Of a stretch of DNA of 64,000 bases, positions 55,003 through 64,000 are shown in pieces. Source of the DNA: Squalus acanthias (Eukaryota); contig CM059432.1 of assembly GCA_030390025.1 (NCBI GenBank), forward strand, positions 50,718,001-50,782,000. The letters are read 5' to 3'. Both the position numbers and the translations under genes were made by a program. Below the pieces are notes generated by a model, which saw only the letters and a list, made by a program, of their open reading frames with translations, made no database searches and was not told where the DNA came from. Each line of letters opens with the position of its first letter. Within the stretch, counting starts at the first letter, position 1.

Positions 55003-57816
55003 CAGGTTGAGCATCCAAAATCCGGAGTTCCAGAATCCGGACTCCGGGACGATTGGTGGCAGGGTCGTCCGGGATCCGTAAAATGTTCCAGAATCCGGAC
55101 ACCCTGTCAAACCGTTTCCGCCGCCAGCCGGGCCCAGTGAAAAGTCAAAAAATGAAATCCAACTACTGTACAGTGACAAAAATTGCAAGAATAAAAACGC
55201 CAATCCTACCAGTTCCAGGCTAGGTCTTCACAGTCACCACACCGCTGCTCTGGGGTCCGCAGCAACTCTGCACAGCACACAAGTCGCTTCGGCCAGAATC
55301 AACTCTGCACAGCACACAAGTCCTTCGGCCAGAATCAACTCTGCACAGCACACAAGTCGCTTCGGCCAGAATCAACTCTGCACAGCACACAAGTCCTTCG
55401 GCCAGAATCAACTCTGCACAGCACACAAGTCCCTTCGGCGAGAATCAACTCTGCACAGCACACAAGTCCCTTCGGCCAGAATCAACTCTGCACAGCACAC
55501 AAGTCCTTCGGCCAGAATCAACTCTGCACAGCACACAAGTCCCTTCGGCGAGAATCAACTCTGCACAGCACACAAGTCCCTTCGGCCAGAATCAACTCTG
55601 CACAGCACACAAGTCCTTCGGCCAGAATCAACTCTGCACAGCACACAAGTTGCACAGCACACAAGTCCCTTCGGCCAGAATCAACTCTGCACAGCACACA
55701 AGTCCCTTTGGCCAGAATCAACTCTGCACAGCACACAAGTCCCTTTGGTCAGACCCAACCCCAGGTGACTCACCTACACCCCATGATCAGACCCCACCCA
55801 ACCTGACTCCATTGCGGTGATGTTTTTCCCGATTTAAAGATCTGCACAGGTAAAGATTGTGAATTTGTGTTGTCATTGCAAACATGTCAAAAGGCCAACA
55901 GATACCCCAATGGGTTCAGATAAAGGAAAGAGGAAGCATAGTTCACTTTCAATTGCCAAGAAGGTTGAGTTACTTCAGAGATTAGATAGAGGTGCTTCAG
56001 TGAGAAGATTGAGTGAGGAGTATGGTGTTGGACTCTCCAATTCTATGATATTAGAAAACAGAAAGAACAGCTCATGAAGTTTTATGCGGAAAGTGATGTT
56101 CATAAGGAAATGAGGAAGAGAAAAAGTATGCATAAGCCGAAATGTGATGATTTGGATCGAGCAGTGATGGAATGGTGGCGACAGAGGCGAAGTGAAAAGG
56201 TTTCTTTGTCTGGCCCAATGGTGGTGCAACAAGCTAAAATATTCCATGCACAACTGGGGATTGAAACTCCATGCGAGTACTCTTCTGGTTGGCTAGCCAA
56301 ATTTAAAAGGCGTCATGGCATCAGGCAACTGAAAGTATGTGGTGAGAAAGCCTGAGCAGATCATGAGGCAGCTGAAAATTATATTGATGAGTTCATCAAA
56401 CTAATTGCTGATATGAAAACCTTTCACCTGAGCAAATGTACAATGCTGACGAGACAGCACTGTTTTGGCGCTACGTACCGCGAAAGACATTAGCAGCAGC
56501 AGAAGAAACACAGCCAGCAGGTATTAAAGACATCAAGGCTAGGTTGACTGTGCTTGCTGCTGCAAATGCAGCTGGGACACATAAGTATAAGCTTATGGTC
56601 ATTGGGAGAAGCCAGCGTCCAAGATGTTTCAAGGGTTTGAGAGTATTGCCAGTGCATTATTATGCCAATAGGAAAGCATGGGTAAACAGGGTAATCTTTC
56701 TGAACTGGTTTGAGAAGAATTTTGTCCCTCAGGCGCGTGCTCATCGCACGGAAGCTGGCCTTGAGGAAAACTGCAAAATATACTTGCTGCTAGACCATTG
56801 CTCAGCACATCCCAATGCTGAGCTTTTGGTAAAGGATAATGTCCATGGAATCTACTTACCTCCAAATGTTACATCACTGATACAGCCAATGGACCAAGGA
56901 ATTTTGAGATCGATGAAGTGTCTGTACAAAAACGAGTTTATGAGGTGTTTACTTAATGCTGTGAACACAGGCATGGGAATAAAAGCATTCTCAAAAGCTT
57001 TCTCTATCAAGGACGCCATATGGACAGCTGCGGATGCATGGAACTTGGTAACTGCAGACACCTTGGTCAATGCTTGGCATAACCTCTGGCCATCAACTAT
57101 GTTTGCTGACGATGATGCTGATGATGCTCCTCAGGACTTTCAAGGCTTTCGTGTGTCCAGGGAGAAAGCAATGATTGCTCAACTTTTAGATTATGCAAGA
57201 GGGCTGACTTGCAAAGCTGCACAGGAATTGAATGAGGACGATGTCGCAGAAGTCATGGACATAGACAACGATGCTCCCATTGTGCATGCAGTGACAGATG
57301 AAGAAATCATGCAGAGGGTTTTGCATCCAGAAGAAAAGGATGAAAGCAGTGAGGATGATGATGATGCCTGTGATCAAGTCGAAAAAGTGCCGTTTGACAA
57401 AGCAATCAATCTTTGTCATTATATTTCATGCTTTGAGTACTGTACATTCCTTTTCAAATTTGAAGATGGTAGCAAAAGACACAGGCCGGGAAGCTCACAT
57501 TAAGTACAGTTACAGAGTACTGCGTTGCAAAAACAAGAGAGGGAGGCTTACCATGCGTTGCGAAGAAGCGAGGACTACAAGGCCTGCGAGGAGAAGAACT
57601 ACAAGGTGACGTCCAAAAACCAGAAATATCGCAACCTGGGCCCAGGCATTTCCGGACTCAGAACGTGTTTCTGATGGCTGAAGTCCGGAAACGCCCGAGC
57701 CCAGGTTGCGATATTTCTGGACTTCGGACATCAGAAACACGTTCCGAAGTCCGGAAAAACACGAAAACTGGCTCGGCCTCGGTCCCAAGGTTGCCGGATT
57801 CAGGACGCTCAACCTG
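55003..57816 (+). mobile_element. Full-length pogo/Tigger (JRKL/CENP-B-like) DNA transposon with a disrupted transposase
   Basis: TA TSD; about 23-bp TIRs caggttgagcatcc...tccgg / ccgga...ggacgctcaacctg; ORFs 55859..57503 with HTH_psq, SSGWLAKFKRRHGI, YNADETALFW, LLLDHCSAH, IQPMDQG; frameshifts and a stop. Confidence 0.95.
55263..55748. repeat. 36-37-bp minisatellite, about 13 copies (caactctgcacagcacacaagtcccttcggccagaat)
   Basis: Read directly; lies in the 5' non-coding part of the Tigger element. Confidence 0.95.
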
Positions 57817-57818
57817 TA

Positions 57819-58681
57819 TAAGAACATAAGAAATAGGAGCAGGAGTAGGCCATTCGGCCCCTCGAGCCTGTTCCGCCATTCAATAAGATCATGGCTGATC
57901 TGATCTTGGCCTCAACTCCACTTCCCTGCCTGCTCCCCATAACCCTTGACTCCCCTGTAGTTCAAAAATCTGTCTATCTCAGCCTTGAATTTTTTCAACG
58001 ACTCAGCCTCCACAGCTCTCTGGGGTAGAGAATTCCAAAGATTCACGACCCTCTGAGAGAAGAAATTCCTCCTCATCTCCGTCTTAAATGGGCAACCCTT
58101 ATTTTTAAACTATGCCCCTTAGTTCTAGATTCCCCCACGAGGGGAAACATCCTCTCAGCATCTACCCTGTCAAGCCCCCTCAGAATCTTATATGTTTCAA
58201 TAAGATCACCTCTCATTCTTCTAAACTCCAACGAGTATAGGCCCAACCTTTCCTCATAAGACAACCCCTTCATCCCAGAAATCAACCTAGTGAATCGTCT
58301 CTGAACAGCCTCCAATGCAAGTATATCCCTCCTTAAATAAGGAGACCAAAACTGTACGCAGTACTCCAGGTGTGGTCTCACCAGAGCCCTGTACAGTTGT
58401 AGCAAGACTTCCCTACTTTTATACTCCATCCCCCTTGCAATAAGGGCCAACATTCCATTTGCCTTCCTAATTACTTGCTGTACCTGCATGCTTTTTGTGT
58501 TTCATGTACGAGGACACCCAGATCCCTCTGTACCATTCTGTAGTCTCTCTCCATTTAAATAATATTTTGCTTTTCTATTCTTCCTACCAAAGTGGATAAC
58601 CTCACATTTTCCCACATTATACTCCATCTGCCAAATTTTTGCCCACTCACTTAACCTATCTGTATCCTTTGCAGACTCTTT
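57819..58681 (-). mobile_element. CR1 LINE 3' portion, interrupted by the Harbinger at 58682
   Basis: ORFs 58073..58489 and part of 58502..58783 ([20 protein letters not shown]); tail (cttatgtt). Confidence 0.92.
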
Positions 58682-58952
58682 GGGCTCGATTTTAATGGAG
58701 GAGGCGGGATGGAGTTGAGTAGCCTGGTGGGCGGGTTTTGGACCCGCTGCCGGTTTCAGCCGCTCCTGGTGTCCCATTTTCACTTAATTGGTCCACTTAG
58801 CCCCGTCGTGCGCGCTGCCTGCTGCAATGAGGTGCAGTGGGTCTGTTGGTCTGCACTGATGAGGTCTTTGCTGCACTTGTTTTTAAGGGCTCCATGTAGC
58901 CTCAGCCTCTCATTTCTCGTTGCTGCTGCTGCTGGAAAGGGCCAGGATCACC

Positions 58953-60830
58953 ATGAGTGCTGCCACAGGCAAGAAGGCTGCTCTTACATTCAATGACGAC
59001 TCCCTGCAAGCTCTTGTAGAGGGAGTAAGAGGGCGCAGGGACATTCTGTTCCCTGCCAATGGCCGCAGGAAGCCTCCTCAACAGACGAAAGCAGCCTGGC
59101 TGGAGATAGCTGAGGAGGTCAGTGCAAGGTCGCTGTGTGGACGCACCTGGCTCCAGTGCCGCAAACGCTTCAATGATCTTGTCCGAACATCAAAAGTGAG
59201 TTTCACATCACACTTACCTTCACCCTGCTTCCCTTCTCTTCTCATCACCAGCACACTGCATTGTCAGCCTGCTCCTCCACATCCCACCTTACCCTTACTT
59301 CTCTTGCACCCTTACCTTTCTATCTCTCTCTCTGTACTGAATCACTTCACTATCCTGCTCTGCAGCCCTCACACTCGCTCTCACTGTTATGCAATGACAA
59401 CAACTAACAACGCACAGGGAGGCTCCTTCCTCTTGCCACCTCACTCCATTCTGGCCTCCCTCTAAGATTCTACCTTGTGGATTCTTCACACTCACTCCAT
59501 CACTCTCGCTGAAACTCCACTTGTGTCCCTCATTGCAGGAAAAGATAGCCCACAATAAGGAGAGAGCCAAGACAGGAGGAGGCACACCATCACTCGCCAC
59601 ATTAACTGATGCTGAGGAGGCTGCTTGCGACATCATGGGAGGTGGAGAGGAGCTGGAAGTGGGGGATGGAGAGACAGATGCACTAGAGGAAGCTGGTGAC
59701 AGAATACATTTTCATCCCTCGCTTTTGCAATTCCTCATTGACTGCAATGGCATATGTTGCTTATAGAGATTGACTTCTGATGATCTGCACAATAGGATGT
59801 GTCTGCTACCTCCAAATCTGATGTCTAACTCATGCCTTTACTCTCCTACAGGACCATCGAAAGCCCCGCTCCCCACTGTCCAGGAGGAAGAGCCAGACGA
59901 ATCCTCAGAGGAACCTGGAGCCTCTGAGGGAGCAGCGTCACCAGGACTCAGCGCACCCAGCACCAGCGCAGATACGCACACCTCGGTGGGTCGTTCGCGA
60001 CATAGATTAGTGTTGTCACCTGGTGTACCACAGCTCACAAGTGAGCATCAGCAGATGCTGGAGACAGCGACAGCAGTGGAGAGTCCTCGTCGGAGGTCGC
60101 AGGACTCTCCTAGCTCTGCTCAGCTGCATGTAGACGCTGTGCCTCTGGGACCATCCAGAAAGAGAGCGGTGCTGGAACTCCAGGAACAAGTGCAGGAGTC
60201 TCTGACAGGGTTTGCATCCAGGGTAACTGCGAGTGTGGAGAGAATGGAGGAGTCCATCTCTAACATGAGCACTGCCTTTGTGGAGGCAATGGCGCATGAA
60301 TGTGCCGCCATGGAGAGGGTGGCAACCTCTTTGGAGGACATAAGTCAACAGAGCATGGTGACTCTTCTAAATAGATGGTCCGCTATGGAGGATAGATGGG
60401 CAGCTATTGAGGAGAGACACCAGAGGTACATGGACGTCCCAGTTATGAGGACTGTCAGTACTGAGGTGCAGTAGGTTGCTCTCCAGCCTCTTGCTAGCAG
60501 TGAAGTGCGGGTGACCCATGAGAGGGATGTTGGTGGCAGACAACAAGGAAGTGTGGGCTCCTCTCCAAGCGCTCACACTCCCATGCCACTGCGGAGCCCT
60601 CAGTCAGAGCCACAGGTTCCTCACCCAACTGAGATGGCCGTCTCAGCCCCTGCACAGCCGCAGGAAGAGCAGACTGTGGAGGAGCCCTCACAGGCTCCCA
60701 AACCCAGAGGACGCCCGCCAAAGGCGTCTATGTAGGCGCAGCACCAAAGTGAGCAAGGTGCCTCTACATCTGCTGAAGCCACAGGGGAAACACCACGTAG
60801 GAACATGCGTAAGAGGAAGTTAAAGCACTA
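58953..60830 (+). pseudogene. Harbinger Myb/SANT DNA-binding protein gene, 3 exons (58953-59195, 59539-59695, 59852-about 60830), premature stops
   Basis: MSAATGKKAALTF...AWLEIAEEV...[32 protein letters not shown] junctions; TAG at 60472 and 60733. Confidence 0.82.
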
Positions 60831-60984
60831 ATAGTCACAAGGGTAGTCACTTGGATGTCTTATAGTGTTATTTAATATCGAGTGTCATCCTTTTGTGATG
60901 TAATTAAACAAAAGTGATGGCAAAGAGTTGATGTTCTGGCCTATGTGTTCTGGGAAATGGAAGTTCAAGAGTGAGGGCTCAGGG

Positions 60985-61998
60985 CTAATTCCATTTATAA
61001 TGATAGTGGTGAGAGTGAGCGTACTGCTGGGCTCCACCAGATCTGTCCAGGCATTGGAAGCGCATTTTGAGCAAGTTGATGGTTTGCTCTATGATGCTTC
61101 TGGTGGAAAGGTAGCACACATTGTAGCGCTCCTCAGCCTCGTTTGTTGGCCTTCTCATCGGTGTCATAAGCCACTTTTTCAGGGGATAGCCCTTGTCGCC
61201 AAGAAGCCATCCGCAAAGTTGGGTTGGCAGATGGAAGAGCTGAGGCACACTAGACTGCCGCAGGATGAAGGAGTCATGGCAACTGCCAGGGTACTTTGCG
61301 CCAACATGCATGATGATCGTCCTGTGGTTACACACCAGCTGGACGTTCAGGGAGTGGAATCCCTTGCGGTTGACAAATACAGCTGGGTTGTGATGGGGTG
61401 CCCTAATGGCTACATGTGTGCAGTCTATGACTGCCCTGCACCATTGGCAAGCCTGCCACACTGGCAAAGCCAACCGCATGAGCGGTCACACTTGGGCCAT
61501 CCGTGGAGAAGTGGATGTAATTGTGGGCCTTTGCAAAGAGGGCATCGGTGACCTGTGTGATGCAGGTGTGTGTGGCCGACTGGGAAATGCCGCTGATGTG
61601 TGCAGCTGATCCCTGGAAGGAGCCCGAAGCAAAGAGGTTGAGTGCGGTGGTGACTTTGACAGCCACTGGTAAGGAGTGTCCACACACTCCTCTGGGCTCC
61701 AGGTGTTGGTGCAGGTGTCAGCGACTACGTCTCTCGAAAGTCTCAGCCTCCTTTGGCACTGCTGCTCAGTCATGCTGAGGAAGTTGGTCCTCGGCCTATA
61801 AACCCTGTGTTGGGGGTATCTCCTGCGGCAAGGTGCAGCACTGCGCTGACGCCCTCTGCCCTGTGCAACATCAGGTGGGTGAGGAGGAGATAGGCGCTCC
61901 TGGTGCTGGTGCTGCTGTTGTGGCTGGTTGTGGTGCTGCCGCGGCTGCTCTTCCTCCGAATCTGACGACCAGGATGAGAGGATATAAATGGTTTCCAT
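60985..61998 (-). pseudogene. Harbinger DDE transposase (HARBI1-like), frameshifted
   Basis: [63 protein letters not shown] split across ORFs. Confidence 0.9.
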
Positions 61999-62109
61999 AC
62001 GATTGCTATAGATTTCAGTTGAGGCAGGAAGCTTGCAAGTACACAGTCAAAGTGGCCTGAGATTATTCCAATCAGGTCACACTGCAGATGGCTGTCAGCT
62101 TGAACAGTC

Positions 62110-64000
62110 ACATAGAAATATAGAAAAATAGAAGATAGGAGCAGGAGTAGGCCATTCAGCCCCACGAGCCTGCTCCGCCATTCAATGCGATCATGGCTGA
62201 TCATCCAAATTCAGTACCCTGTCCCTGCTTTCTCCCCATATCCCTTGATCCCTTTAGCCTTAAGAAATATATCTAACTCCTTCTTGAATATATTTAATGA
62301 ATTGGCCTCAACTGCCTTCTGTGGTAGAGAATTCCACAGGTTCACCACTCTCTGGGTGAAGAAATTCCTCCTCATCTCAGTCCTAAATGGCTTACCCCTT
62401 ATCCTTAGACTGTGACCCCTGGTTCTGGACTCCCCCGCCATCGGGAATAGCCTTCCTGCATCTAGTCTGTCTAGTCCTGTTAGAATTTTATAAGCTTCAA
62501 TGAGATCCCCTCTCATTCTTCTAAACTCTGGCGAATATAAACCTAATCGACCCAATCTCTCTTCATACGTTATTCCTGCCATCCCAGGTATCAGTCTGGT
62601 GAATCTTCGCTGCACTTCCTCCATGGCAAGAACATCCTTCCTCAGATAAGGCGACCAAAACTGCACACAATACTCAAGGTGTGGTCTCACCAAGGCCCTG
62701 TACAACTGCAGCAAGACATCCTTGCTCCTGTACTCGAATCCTCTCACTATAAAAGCCAACATACCATTTGCCTTCTTAACCGCCTGCTGCACCTGCATGC
62801 TTACCTTCAGCGACTGGTGCACAAGGACACCCAGGTCTCGTTGCACTTCCCCTTTTCCCAATCTATTGCCGTTCAGATAATAATCTGCCTTCCTGTTTTT
62901 GCCACCAAAGTGGATAACCTTGCATTTATCCACATTATACTGCATCTGCCATGCATCTGCCCAATCACCCAACCTGTCCAAATCATACTGGAGTTTCTCT
63001 GCATCCTCCTCACAGCACACACGCCCACCCAGCTTTGTGTCGTCTGCAAACCTGGAGATATTACATCTAGTTCCCTCGTCTAGATCATTAATATATATTG
63101 TGAATAACTGGGGTTCTCGCACCGATCCCTGCGGTACCCCACTAGTCACTGCCTGCCACTCGGAAAAAGACCCGTTTATTCCAACTCTTTGCTTCCTGTC
63201 TGCCAACCAGTTTTCTATCCAAGTCAGTACCTTACCCCCAATCCCATGTGCTTTAACTTTGCACGCTAATCTCTTATGCGGGACCTTATCGAAAGCCTTC
63301 TGAAAGTCCAAATACACCACATCCACTGGTTCTCCCTTATCTATTCTACCAGTTACATCCTCAAAAAATTCCAGTAGATTAGTCAAGCATGATTTACCTT
63401 TTGTAAATCCATGTCGACTTTGTCCGATCCTGTCACTGTTTTCCAAGTGCTCTGCTATTACATCTTTTAAAATGGACTCTAGCATTTCCCCCACTACCGA
63501 TGTCAGGCTTACCGGTCTATAATTCCCCGTTTTCTCTCTACCACCTTTTTTAAATAGTGAGGTTACGCTAGCTACCCTCCAATCCATGGGAACTGTTCCA
63601 GAGTCTATAGAACTTTGGAAGATGACCAGCAATGCATCTACTATTTCTAGGGCCACTTCCTTAAGTACCCTAGGATGTAGATTATCAGGCCCTGGGGATT
63701 TATCAGCCTTCAATCCCGTCAATTTCCCTAACACCATTTCCCTACAAATACTGATTTCTTTCAGTTCCTCCCTCTCATTAGACCCTATGTTCCCCGACAT
63801 CTCTGGGAGGTTATTTGTGTCCTCCTTTGTGAAGACAGAACCAAAGTATGTATTTAATTGGTCTGCCATTTCTTTGTTCCCCATTATAAATTCCCCTGAT
63901 TCTGACTGCAAGGGACCTATGCTTGACTTCACCAATCTTTTTCTCTTCACATATCTATAGAAGCTTTTACAGTCAGTTTTTATGTTCCTCGCAAGCTTAC
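62110..64000 (-). mobile_element. Young CR1 LINE, 579-aa RT ORF2 fragment, continues beyond the window
   Basis: ORF 62211..63950 with RT motifs; near-identical to 37548-38517. Confidence 0.97.

Larger units (their letters stand above)
58682..62109. mobile_element. Harbinger/PIF transposon (Myb gene +, transposase -), right part interrupted by a CR1
   Basis: Left TIR gggctcgatttt; convergent Myb/SANT and DDE genes. Confidence 0.9.

Noticed and set aside
55859..57503. Domesticated JRKL/TIGD host gene
   Set aside because: Frameshifts, an in-frame stop, TIRs and a TA TSD indicate a transposon copy.
58953..61998. Host HARBI1 / NAIF1 / MSANTD genes
   Set aside because: Disrupted ORFs inside multi-copy elements with TIRs.

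Overview
Vertebrate genomic DNA. The repeat landscape (abundant CR1 LINEs, Deu-domain SINE, Penelope-type hairpins) points to a cartilaginous fish, probably a shark; this is an inference. Most of the window is intronic and filled with transposable elements: CR1 LINEs, four decayed two-gene Harbinger/PIF transposons plus about seven of their MITEs, one Tigger/pogo element, SINEs, a hAT MITE, a Tx1-type fragment and Penelope-derived hairpins with hammerhead-ribozyme cores. A multi-exon minus-strand gene, largely missed by the ORF track, runs through these repeats. Hand-splicing at GT-AG sites gives, from N to C terminus, a TSG101/UEVLD-type UEV domain (54599->40723), a Ser/Pro-rich linker of small exons, an RBM43/NMI/IFI35/PARP14-type RRM-like (NID-like) domain (24036->22770) and a HOIP/RNF31-type RING1-IBR-RING2 module with the catalytic GGCxH motif intact (22558->7679). 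The NID-to-RBR junctions are phase-compatible and well supported. The UEV-to-NID link depends on less certain micro-exons. The LDD exons and the first exon were not found and probably lie outside the window. This apparent UEV-NID-RBR HOIP paralogue is the most notable finding.
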